From assembly GCA_048940645.1 (NCBI GenBank), contig JBHLOI010000026.1, positions 1 through 48,470 on the forward strand: 48,470 nucleotides of DNA, read 5' to 3'. Source of the DNA: Promethearchaeota archaeon (GTDB taxonomy: Archaea > Asgardarchaeota > Lokiarchaeia > Sigyniarchaeales > SOKP01). Shown in pieces: positions 39,352 to 48,011 of this stretch. The first letter of the stretch is position 1; the number at the start of each line of letters is the position of its first letter. The translations under genes and the position numbers were made by a program. The notes under the pieces were generated by a model. That model saw only the letters and a program-made list of their open reading frames with translations. It was not told the DNA's origin and ran no database searches.

Positions 39352-40207
39352 TTATTAATTCATAATATCTAGCACGGAGGGTAGAATCGGAGATCCCCAC
39401 GATGTCACTAATCCTTTTTTGTCCTATTCTTTTTCCATTAAATTTTGAAGCGAGATATATTGCGCCACCACATATGCCATTAGGATTAGTTCCATCAATT
39501 GAATTACTCTTTAGATATTCATCTAATATCTTATAGGTCAATTTTTCTATGGCAAATTCTAATCCTAAATCTGTAATAAATTTTGAAACCCTCGCAATAG
39601 GATTCTGAATTGGAATTTTTAAATTTAAAACTTTAATTAAACTGCTATAATAACGATTAAATCTTTTTTCATTTATTGAAGTTTCATCAAGAAATTCACT
39701 TAATGCTCTCGGAATGTTATGTATTTTGCAGATGTAATATAAACAAACAGTTATTATACCTTTAATTGTTCTACCTTTTATTAAACTCTTATTAAGTGCT
39801 TCTTTATAGAGTTTAAAGGCTTCCTTGACAAAATAACTAGGTAAACTTAATTTATTATTTAATCTCTTTAATTCTATTAAAGCTATTAATAAATTCTTTT
39901 TATCCCAAGGTAAATGTGAGTTTAGTTTCAATGCTCTTTTTAAATTAGGATCATTAGCTTTTTTTTTTGTAATCAAATAGAGTCCCATATTTGGAAATTG
40001 TGAAGATACAGATCTATTTATTTGCTCTTTAGAGGAAATTTTAGGCTCATTAAGGGAATCAAGAAAAATCTTATCATCTGAGATTAATCCACACTGACAA
40101 CATACAGTTTCTCCTTTTTCAATTATTGTTATCAAAGGACCATTACATTCTGGGCAGAATTGTGAGCCACGATATTCTATTTTTTCAATTAGAGTAAATT
40201 TTATCAC
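39317..40207 (-). CDS. tfb: Divergent transcription factor B (TFB/TFIIB) paralog
   Basis: CPEC..GETVCCQCG zinc ribbon and two cyclin repeats (LIKGRTIKG..YYICK..IPRAL; GTNPNGICGGAIYLAS..SDSTLRARYYEL). B-reader is degenerate. Start uncertain. Confidence 0.88.
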   Translation of the reverse strand: MIKFTLIEKIEYRGSQFCPECNGPLITIIEKGETVCCQCGLISDDKIFLDSLNEPKISSKEQINRSVSSQFPNMGLYLITKKKANDPNLKRALKLNSHLPWDKKNLLIALIELKRLNNKLSLPSYFVKEAFKLYKEALNKSLIKGRTIKGIITVCLYYICKIHNIPRALSEFLDETSINEKRFNRYYSSLIKVLNLKIPIQNPIARVSKFITDLGLEFAIEKLTYKILDEYLKSNSIDGTNPNGICGGAIYLASKFNGKRIGQKRISDIVGISDSTLRARYYELINGINLNILNEK

Positions 40208-40243
40208 CTACCTTAGTTCAATTTTTATAAAAATGAAAGAAAT

Positions 40244-40705
40244 CTACACATCAGATGGAATTTCAACATTGATCTTGTCTTCTTCATTCGATTGAAAAAA
40301 ATTTAGGAGTTTTTGAGCGATTTGCTTTAATTCAAAAAGAATTACACTAATATTCAAATTCACAGAAAATAACGTTAAAAGAGATATATCATCCTTAACA
40401 TTTTCCATTAAAATGATAAAACTATCATTATCTAATTGATGACCTGCTTGTATTGTTAAATTTTTTACGCAATGGGTATTATTTAGTAGATTTATACCTG
40501 AATTAGCTAGCGAGATAATAGTTGCGTTCACAGCAGCTATGTTTTGATCAAAATGTTTATTTTTATTTACTGAAACTCCTTGATCCACTGCAATTTCTAG
40601 ACCATCATTGTTAAATAGAATTGTATAATTTGTCCCTGTCCTTTCTCTGAATGATTTAAGAATTGATGTGATCTTCTCTTCTATACTATAGCTTCCATTA
40701 TGCAA
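40244..40705 (-). CDS. Roadblock/LC7-like protein
   Basis: TILFNNDGLEIA..IAAVNATIISLA..NLNISVILFEL. Probable TTG start 5 nt after GAGGTGA, overlapping the GTPase stop. Confidence 0.75.
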   Translation of the reverse strand: MHNGSYSIEEKITSILKSFRERTGTNYTILFNNDGLEIAVDQGVSVNKNKHFDQNIAAVNATIISLANSGINLLNNTHCVKNLTIQAGHQLDNDSFIILMENVKDDISLLTLFSVNLNISVILFELKQIAQKLLNFFQSNEEDKINVEIPSDV

Positions 40706-41336
40706 CAGCTTCACCTCTTAATTTTACCTCATCAGAATCATTAATTATTGTTTTAAGTATTTCTATTATCGCATCTTTGATTCCGATATTATTTTTTGCT
40801 GATCCTTCATAGACATTCTCCCCTATCATTGTTGAGATCAATTCTCCTCCATTATAATCCTCTCTATCTGACTTATTAGCTATAATCTTGAGTGGTATAT
40901 TTTTCTCTAAACTTATTCTTACTTCCTCAAGTATTGCCATTGCATTTCCGATATTGCCTAAATCACATCCGTCAATTAACATAAGGACACCATCACTTCC
41001 TTTAGCTAATACTTTTCGAACAGTTTTAAATTGTATTTGACCAGGACTTCCCTTGATTTCAAAATCTAAAACATGCCATCCAATATATTCATTTTTATCT
41101 CTCAAGTATTCTACTTTGCTCATAATAACACCCTCAGTTTCTTTATTTAAATTCGGTCTAGCCCAAACAAGTCTTCCTAAATCAAATCCAGTTGTTGTGT
41201 GTGTTTTACCAGGTTCATATTCTTCAGCTAATTTAGTTTCTACAGATATTGCTTTATCATCAAGAGTATGGATTAGAGTTGTTTTGCCAGCATTGAAAAA
41301 TCCTGTAACAAATATTTTTAACTTTTTTCCTTCCAT
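40698..41336 (-). CDS. Small GTPase (MglA/CvnD-like group) with an inter-switch insertion
   Basis: GFFNAGKTT, TTTGFDLGRL, GSPGQ, NKSD, SAK. Confidence 0.88.
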   Translation of the reverse strand: MEGKKLKIFVTGFFNAGKTTLIHTLDDKAISVETKLAEEYEPGKTHTTTGFDLGRLVWARPNLNKETEGVIMSKVEYLRDKNEYIGWHVLDFEIKGSPGQIQFKTVRKVLAKGSDGVLMLIDGCDLGNIGNAMAILEEVRISLEKNIPLKIIANKSDREDYNGGELISTMIGENVYEGSAKNNIGIKDAIIEILKTIINDSDEVKLRGEAVA

Positions 41337-41587
41337 ATTCTTAAAATCCCCAAATTTCGATTAAAATAAAATTATAATTTTATAAAAATAAATTTTGATT
41401 TATAGATATAATTCTCTCTTCGTAAAATTCTTATAAAATTATTAAAATAATCTAGGAATTTATATATAAACTTTTTTAAACTTTTCGATAATTCGAGATA
41501 TTTATCAAAAAACATATATTTAAAAACAAATTCTTTCACATTTTATATAAATTAATTATAAGAATATAAAAATTGGAGGATCTTTAT

Positions 41588-41953
41588 ATGAGTGCAAAAA
41601 TAGAGAAAATGGTTTCTATCTTGAAAGAGTTAGAAAAAAATTGTGAAATTGATAATAGTGCCTTAGTTTCATTAAAAGGTCAGATGATGGCAAGTGCTTT
41701 ACACAACGATGTTGACGAAAAAGGTTTAGCAGCTATGACTGCAGCATTATCATCTGTAGGAAACAGAGTAGCTGATACCTTACAATCCGGTAGAACTGAT
41801 TCAATCACTTTAGCTGGTCAAGATAAATTAATAATCTTACATCAGTTAACAGATGCAGTGTTAATAGCTTTAGCTCCAGCGGATGCTAAAATAGGATTAA
41901 TCGATTTTGAAATAAATATGGCATTGGATAAAATTAGGATGGTTTTGGGTTGA
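41588..41953 (+). CDS. Roadblock/LC7 protein
   Basis: SALVSLKGQMMASAL..LAAMTAAL..AKIGLI; ATG at 41588 downstream of GGAGG. Confidence 0.88.
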   Translation: MSAKIEKMVSILKELEKNCEIDNSALVSLKGQMMASALHNDVDEKGLAAMTAALSSVGNRVADTLQSGRTDSITLAGQDKLIILHQLTDAVLIALAPADAKIGLIDFEINMALDKIRMVLG

Positions 41954-42039
41954 AATCTTCAAAAATTTAAATATTTTTTATTAACATTGAGAGCCTGGAT
42001 TGAAAAATTTAAATTAATTATAAATAATGGGTGTGAAAT

Positions 42040-42489
42040 ATTAGCGAAATAAGAGATAATCTGATTAATTTACTAAATGATTTGAGTAAAGAAATTCCTA
42101 TCATTAGTTCTAGTTTAATAACTGAAGATGGAATAGTAATTGCTGGAAATAGTAACTCAAATGATTTTGACGAAGAAATTAGGATGAATTTCGCAGCAAT
42201 ATCGGCAAGTATTTTATCCATGGCTGAAAGAGGTATAGAAATTATTAACAACAATAAAATTCTAGAACAAATCAAAATAGATGCGGGTTTAGATGAGAAT
42301 AGAGATGCGGATTTCACAATATTAATCACTAGAGTCTATTCCAATGTGCTACTACAAGTTATTTTTACAAAATCAACAAATATTGGATTAATTCAATATG
42401 AAGCGAGTAAAATAATAAAAAAAATTAAAAGCTTTTTAAGTAATGACACGTCTAGGGAATTTTTCTTAAGTTTAGGTTCTCTCACGTAG
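42040..42489 (+). CDS. Roadblock/LC7-like protein (probable ATT start at 42040)
   Basis: SSSLITEDGIVIA..FAAISASILSMA..TNIGLI. The N-terminal helix SEIRDNLINLLNDL is encoded upstream of the TTG at 42082. Confidence 0.8.
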   Translation: MSEIRDNLINLLNDLSKEIPIISSSLITEDGIVIAGNSNSNDFDEEIRMNFAAISASILSMAERGIEIINNNKILEQIKIDAGLDENRDADFTILITRVYSNVLLQVIFTKSTNIGLIQYEASKIIKKIKSFLSNDTSREFFLSLGSLT

Positions 42490-42540
42490 TATAAATATAT
42501 TAACAATTACAAACTAAAAAAATGAGGTTTATTAATTCAA

Positions 42541-44025
42541 ATGACGGAAAAGGAAGAAGGAAAAGAATTAAACAGTAAGTCTGAGTTAATAATTGTAAAA
42601 GAAAAGTTTTACGAAGAAGAAAACATCAGTCCTGAAGTACAGAAAGTACTTGATGAAGTGTTTAACGATATGATTGTTAATGAACCTCATAGGTTTGAAT
42701 TTGAAGAAAATTGCCAGCAAACATCTGATAATAACGAATCACTTCAGAATAAAGAAGATATTGATCTAATTAAAGAAAAGGAGAAATTTTACAGTGAAGT
42801 TAATCTCAGTTCTGAGGTAAAGAAAATACTCGATAGTGTATTTAATGAGATGATCTCTCCTGAAGCAAATCAATCAATTACGGTATCCAATGATCAAAAG
42901 ACAAATAAAATTATCAAAGTGGCAGAACCTCTAATAAAAGCTACAAAAGGTAAAGCTGATGAAAAATCAAAACAATCCCTCTTAAAAATTGAAGAAATAA
43001 TACAAAAGGAATTAGAGTTAGAAAAAGCAATAGCAAAATATCAAGAATTAATTTCCAATTTTGAACAAAAGACAAAAGCAACTGAAGAATCAAAATTAAT
43101 GTTTGAGAATCGTTTAAAAGAATTAGAAGAGACTAAATTGGAATTTGAAGAAAGGGGTATGAAGCTTGAACAAGCTAGGAATTCCTTTATGCAATTAAGT
43201 ACTAAAGTTGAAGAAAGAAAACTTGAACTTGAGCAACGAGAAAAGAACGTAAGTCAGATCCAGAGGGAGTTAGAAGGATCAAGGATAAAGTTTGAACAAG
43301 AAAAGAAAACTTGGGATAAAATTCAAAGAAAAAATAGGAAAATGCAAGCTAAAAATGCTGAAACTGTTTTAGAACAGATAGAAACTGATATTATTGATTA
43401 TTCAGAACCTGTTTATACAACTGACGCGACTCAACTTACTTCGGAAATTGTTCAAATGGAACGAGGAAAAGTTGAAATATTAAAAGATATTCTCCAACAA
43501 TTATCATACCAAGGAAATTTCCAATCTTGCTTTTTAATTGATGGGCAAGGAATGATCATTTCTGAATATTCTAAAACAGAAATGGATGCTCTTGCTATAG
43601 GTGCTATGTTTTCTTTAGTTTGCACAACTGTTTTAAGAACTGTAAGAAGTTTAAGTTTGAATGAATTAGAATACTTTAAATTATCTTCTCTAAATGGGGA
43701 ATTTATTATTAGAAATATTGATATCCTTAATTATGAGAGAAACTTTATCCTTTTAGCTTATTATAACGATCTTGATTCAGACTTACCTTCAAATTCAGGT
43801 TTTAAATTAAATAAAAAACAGATAAAAAGAATTATTAAAAGCATTAAAACAGATTTTTATGACTTAAGAAAATCTACTAAGATTTCTTGGGTTTTTGATA
43901 ATATTATAGAAAAGGTTGATTTTTTAAAGCAAAAATATAATCATGTTGATGGGGATATCAATTTAATTAGATTAAATCTCATGAACAAGGCATCAATAAA
44001 AATACGAGAATTGTTCGAAAGGTAA
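42541..44025 (+). CDS. Protein with tandem N-terminal repeats, a long coiled coil and a roadblock domain
   Basis: KEKFY..N(I/L)S.EV.K(V/I)LD.VFN(D/E)MI occurs twice, 60 aa apart. E/K-rich heptads follow. CFLIDGQGMII..AIGAMFS is roadblock-like. Confidence 0.75.
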   Translation: MTEKEEGKELNSKSELIIVKEKFYEEENISPEVQKVLDEVFNDMIVNEPHRFEFEENCQQTSDNNESLQNKEDIDLIKEKEKFYSEVNLSSEVKKILDSVFNEMISPEANQSITVSNDQKTNKIIKVAEPLIKATKGKADEKSKQSLLKIEEIIQKELELEKAIAKYQELISNFEQKTKATEESKLMFENRLKELEETKLEFEERGMKLEQARNSFMQLSTKVEERKLELEQREKNVSQIQRELEGSRIKFEQEKKTWDKIQRKNRKMQAKNAETVLEQIETDIIDYSEPVYTTDATQLTSEIVQMERGKVEILKDILQQLSYQGNFQSCFLIDGQGMIISEYSKTEMDALAIGAMFSLVCTTVLRTVRSLSLNELEYFKLSSLNGEFIIRNIDILNYERNFILLAYYNDLDSDLPSNSGFKLNKKQIKRIIKSIKTDFYDLRKSTKISWVFDNIIEKVDFLKQKYNHVDGDINLIRLNLMNKASIKIRELFER

Positions 44026-44074
44026 TATATATCAAATTTAAAATAAGAAATAATAAAAAAGGAGGAAATTAAAT

Positions 44075-44464
44075 ATGACTGAAAGTGAAGTAAAATTTGT
44101 TGAATCTATGAAATTGAAATATGAGCAATTGAACAGTAAGGAAAATTTTAAAGAAAAATGGAAAGATGAAAAGTTTAAAATTCTCCTGAATCCTAAGGAT
44201 TCAGATCATGCTGCTCTAATTTCAGTTGAAAAGGGTAATATTTCTGTTCAAGGAATAAAAAATAACCCTAAAAACAACATTGAGAAAGAATCACTAAATT
44301 GGGATGCATTAATGCAAACAACTCTAGAAATATTCGCACAAATGAACGAAGGGAAACTCTCAAGGGGGGATATAACAAAAAAAATGATTACTGGTAAGAT
44401 TAAACTTAAAAATCCCACTTTTTTAGCGAAACTTTCTGATTTAGATGCTTTATTAAAAGAATAA
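44075..44464 (+). CDS. SCP2 sterol/lipid-binding domain protein
   Basis: ISVEKGNISV...DALMQTTLEIF...MITGKIKLK pattern; GGAGG Shine-Dalgarno. Confidence 0.7.
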   Translation: MTESEVKFVESMKLKYEQLNSKENFKEKWKDEKFKILLNPKDSDHAALISVEKGNISVQGIKNNPKNNIEKESLNWDALMQTTLEIFAQMNEGKLSRGDITKKMITGKIKLKNPTFLAKLSDLDALLKE

Positions 44465-44696
44465 ACAAGATAGTATTTCTTTTTTTTTTAAAATTTAATA
44501 ACTATCTAGTCTTCATTTTTTATAAAAAAAGTCAATTAATAGTATTTAATCACAATTTAACCTATTATCAGTCTCATTATAGAATTTTTTGGTTTTAATT
44601 ATATAAATTTTTATAAACAAACTGTATAAATATATAATCCAAAACTACTTTTTTATATATAAATATTTTTCACCAATTGAATTAGTGATTCTGTTT

Positions 44697-45527
44697 ATGG
44701 AAGAATTAAAGAAGACAAAAGATATGGAGCGCTATGAGAAAGAAACCGGTAAAAAAGCAATCTGGCATGGTAATATAACTGAAAGCTATAAAAAGTGGCA
44801 AAAAGAGAAAGAAATTTATGGGATAGGAAAGAAGGGTATTGGAATCTTAATAAATAACGATATTAAAAAAAAATGGAAGAGGTTAGCTAAAGATAACAAC
44901 TTAACCCTCACTAATTTCATTATAAATGCCGTTGATTTTTATATTAAGAATAAATTAAAACGAGATATTGAAAAAATCTTTAATAAAGTATCTCACGATT
45001 TAAAGGAATCGTTAACGGCTATTCAAGGTTATTCTCATTTAATTATTGAGAATGAATCGAAAGATTTAAATCCATCTGTATTAACTAAAATAAACGAAAT
45101 ATATACACATAGTCTTTCTCTAGAACAAAAGATAAATGAGTCTTTTTTTTCAGTTGAACCAGTACAAATTGACTATAAAATATTAATTGTAGAGGATGAT
45201 ATTACAACTTTAGCAATTTTAAACGATTTTTTTCAATCTAAAGGATATTCATCTAAAGGAGTAACCTCCGCAAATCAAGCATTATATGAATTAACCCGAG
45301 TTCATCCAAAAATTATTCTCTTAGATATTATTTTACCCGATATTGATGGTTTTGAGTTATGTAGTAAAATTAAAACGGATGATCAATTAACCAACATTCC
45401 AGTCTATTATATCACGGCAATACAAGAATCAGAAGTCTTAAAAAATTTAGAAGAAACTAGAGCAAATGGTTATTTTCTAAAGCCATTTAAATTTAAACAG
45501 TTTGAAGAGATATTTCCATTGCTTTAA
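44697..45527 (+). CDS. Response regulator with RHH-like + DHp(HisKA) + receiver domains, no kinase ATPase domain
   Basis: IKKKWKRLAKDNNLTLTNFIINAV (RHH-like); SHDLKESLTAIQGY (H-box); ILIVEDD, LLDIILPDIDG, KPF (REC). Confidence 0.8.
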   Translation: MEELKKTKDMERYEKETGKKAIWHGNITESYKKWQKEKEIYGIGKKGIGILINNDIKKKWKRLAKDNNLTLTNFIINAVDFYIKNKLKRDIEKIFNKVSHDLKESLTAIQGYSHLIIENESKDLNPSVLTKINEIYTHSLSLEQKINESFFSVEPVQIDYKILIVEDDITTLAILNDFFQSKGYSSKGVTSANQALYELTRVHPKIILLDIILPDIDGFELCSKIKTDDQLTNIPVYYITAIQESEVLKNLEETRANGYFLKPFKFKQFEEIFPLL

Positions 45528-45572
45528 ATTAATTATCTTCAGAATTGAGTTAAACTTTATTTAAATGTAAAA

Positions 45573-47654
45573 TTAGTGTTTTGGTAATTTAACTATAAAA
45601 TTAGATCCTTTATTTCGACCCTCAGACTCAACAATAATCGTCCCTCCATGTAAATCTACAATTTTTTTGCAAATAAATAATCCTAATCCAATACCCTCAG
45701 TATTAAGTAACATTCCTTGCCCATACCTCTCAATCTTTCCAAATTCTTTAAATATCCTTAATTTTTCTTCATCAGTAAACCCGATCCCGGTATCTTTAAT
45801 AGAAATTTCAATGAAATCTAAACTTAAATCTTTTATGTTTATAAAAATCCTCCCCTGTGGAGGTGTGTACTTGATAGCATTCATTAATAGATTAGTAATA
45901 ACCTCTTGTATTTTATCATTATCAAGATTAATATTATAGGAATTTTGTTCAGTAAAATTTACTTTTATATTTCTTTCGTTTGCTAAAAATTTTACTTCTT
46001 CAATTGAATCAAAAATTATTTTTGTTAAATCTTCAATCGTTTTGTTTACTTCTATTTTTCGAGATTCTAACAGTGAAACATCAATTAGTGACTCAATGAG
46101 CCTTTTAAATCTAATTCCTCCACTCTGAATTATATTTAGATAATACCCTACTTTCTCATCAAAATGACTTTTATAGTTATTTAAAAGAAGGTCTACTGAA
46201 CCTATAATAGAAACCAAAGGAGTTCTAAGCTCATGGGAGGCTCTTCTCAATAACTCTCCTTTCATTCTATTCAATTCTATTAATTCTTTTTCAGCTTTCA
46301 ACCGTTCTGTGATATCTATAAATGAAATGCATATACTTGTTGGTGAGATGTAAAAAGCATGTACTTCATAAGTATTTTTATTGTAAGAAATTTGATCCGG
46401 CTTAATAGATTTCCGATCTAATGCTAAATTTGAGAAATTATCAGCAATTTTAACTCCTATAAAATCTGGAAAAGCCTCTTCTATAGTTTTATCAATAAAT
46501 TGTGCGTGGTTCAATCCAAGTACTTTATCCGCAGCAGGATTTGCTCCTCTAAAAATTAATTTTCCATCTTCTTTTAATTCATATATGTGCATACCTGCAG
46601 GGTTTGATTCAAAAATTTGTCTAAATTGGTCTTCAGCTTGCTTTTGTTTTTCTTCTGCTAATTTACGCTCAGTTATATCAACTCCCGAACTTAATATTCC
46701 TTGGATATTCCCACTATTGTCATAGATTAATGCATTATACCATTTAATCAACCTTATTTCCCCACTTTTAGTTAAAATTTCATTTATATAATATCGATCA
46801 AAATCTAAACCTTCGTTAATTGATTGATTAAATGCCTTTCTTAAACGTGCCCTTATCCTGCGTGGAATAAGCTTATTAAAATAATCTTGGTTAATTAATT
46901 CATCTTTTTTATATCCAAAAATTTCATAACCTTGTTTATTTAACAATACAATTTTTCCGCTTAAATCTAATCCAAGCATTATATCTCCTGCTAATTCAAA
47001 GTACATATTAGCTCTTGATTTTTCAATTTCTAAATTTTCTTTAAAAGTATTCAACTCCTCTTCAAAATAAATAAGAAATGGAAAAAATAAATAATAGACT
47101 GCAAATACTATATTGGCTACATAACTAAATTCCCACGCTCCTGGGAGATCTATTGAGGAAATTATTGTTGCAATTTCAGTTATTAAAGCAACTACTAATA
47201 ACATTAGCAAAGAAATATGCCTTAATCTTCTAAATCTTAAATAAAGTTTAAAATTTAAAAAAATAGCCAGAAGTATTAAACCTAAAATTATAATCTGGAT
47301 AGATATTATTAAAATAAGGTATGGACTTAAAAGAAATATTGGAAATAATACATTACTCTTATTAATTAATTCATTAGCGCTTTTTTTTGGAAAATAACGA
47401 AGATATTCATAGAAAAAGCTTATAATTAAAAATATTAAACTTATTAAAAAAATAAGATTTCCAATGATTCTATAAATATTGCTAATAAATTGCAAGAATA
47501 TAAATAGAGACCCAACCGGTAGTAGGATATACATGGGTAGATAAATTAACATTCTTTTTATCCTAATAGATATAACAACAAAAAATATTGTTCCAATAAA
47601 CATCAGCATGGCAATCTGAAAATTTAATGCTAATTCATTCAGCACGGTTATCAT
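45573..47654 (-). CDS. Membrane-bound PAS-PAS sensor histidine kinase
   Basis: About 6-7 hydrophobic segments, two PAS/PAC domains (DITER twice), SHELRTPL, NLLMNAIKY, DTGIG, GIGLGL. Confidence 0.95.
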   Translation of the reverse strand: MITVLNELALNFQIAMLMFIGTIFFVVISIRIKRMLIYLPMYILLPVGSLFIFLQFISNIYRIIGNLIFLISLIFLIISFFYEYLRYFPKKSANELINKSNVLFPIFLLSPYLILIISIQIIILGLILLAIFLNFKLYLRFRRLRHISLLMLLVVALITEIATIISSIDLPGAWEFSYVANIVFAVYYLFFPFLIYFEEELNTFKENLEIEKSRANMYFELAGDIMLGLDLSGKIVLLNKQGYEIFGYKKDELINQDYFNKLIPRRIRARLRKAFNQSINEGLDFDRYYINEILTKSGEIRLIKWYNALIYDNSGNIQGILSSGVDITERKLAEEKQKQAEDQFRQIFESNPAGMHIYELKEDGKLIFRGANPAADKVLGLNHAQFIDKTIEEAFPDFIGVKIADNFSNLALDRKSIKPDQISYNKNTYEVHAFYISPTSICISFIDITERLKAEKELIELNRMKGELLRRASHELRTPLVSIIGSVDLLLNNYKSHFDEKVGYYLNIIQSGGIRFKRLIESLIDVSLLESRKIEVNKTIEDLTKIIFDSIEEVKFLANERNIKVNFTEQNSYNINLDNDKIQEVITNLLMNAIKYTPPQGRIFINIKDLSLDFIEISIKDTGIGFTDEEKLRIFKEFGKIERYGQGMLLNTEGIGLGLFICKKIVDLHGGTIIVESEGRNKGSNFIVKLPKH

Positions 47655-47905
47655 CTATTCTGGTTCAAATTAATAAAATCAAAATTTACATTTTTCTAGA
47701 AAATAAAGAAAAAATTCTATTTATGTTATTACAATTTTTAACAAGGTTGTTATACTCACTCAAAAAAATAAAAATGATTATTTTTATGTTATTTTAGCAT
47801 TTTCATCCAATATCGAATTTCAAGAAAGCGCAAAAAGAAGAAAAAAATAATTTCTTCCCTAAAAAATATTGAAAATTAGAATAAAACTATTAAAAAAGAA
47901 AGAAG

Positions 47906-48011
47906 TGCCGGTGGTGGGATTTGAGCCCACGACCTCCAGAGATCATCTGTCTGACCCAATTCTTCAGAAGGATTATGAGTCTGGCGCTATAACCAGCTAA
48001 GCCACACCGGC
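47906..48011 (-). tRNA. tRNA-Met(CAT), elongator type, with a 32-nt intron (probably at 38/39; 47941-47972)
   Basis: Acceptor stem GCCGGTG/CACCGGC plus A73; anticodon stem CCAGA/TCTGG with loop CTCATAA; T stem GTGGG/CCCAC; CCA not encoded. Confidence 0.9.

Noticed and set aside
38276-45939. ORFs 38276-38734, 41053-41364, 42018-42329 and 45667-45939
   Set aside because: Antisense shadows of supported genes.
47906-48011. Alternative call as initiator tRNA-Met or tRNA-Ile2(CAT)
   Set aside because: G1-C72 and the absence of three consecutive G-C pairs in the anticodon stem argue against initiator. The GCC start fits elongator Met better than the GGGCC typical of archaeal Ile.
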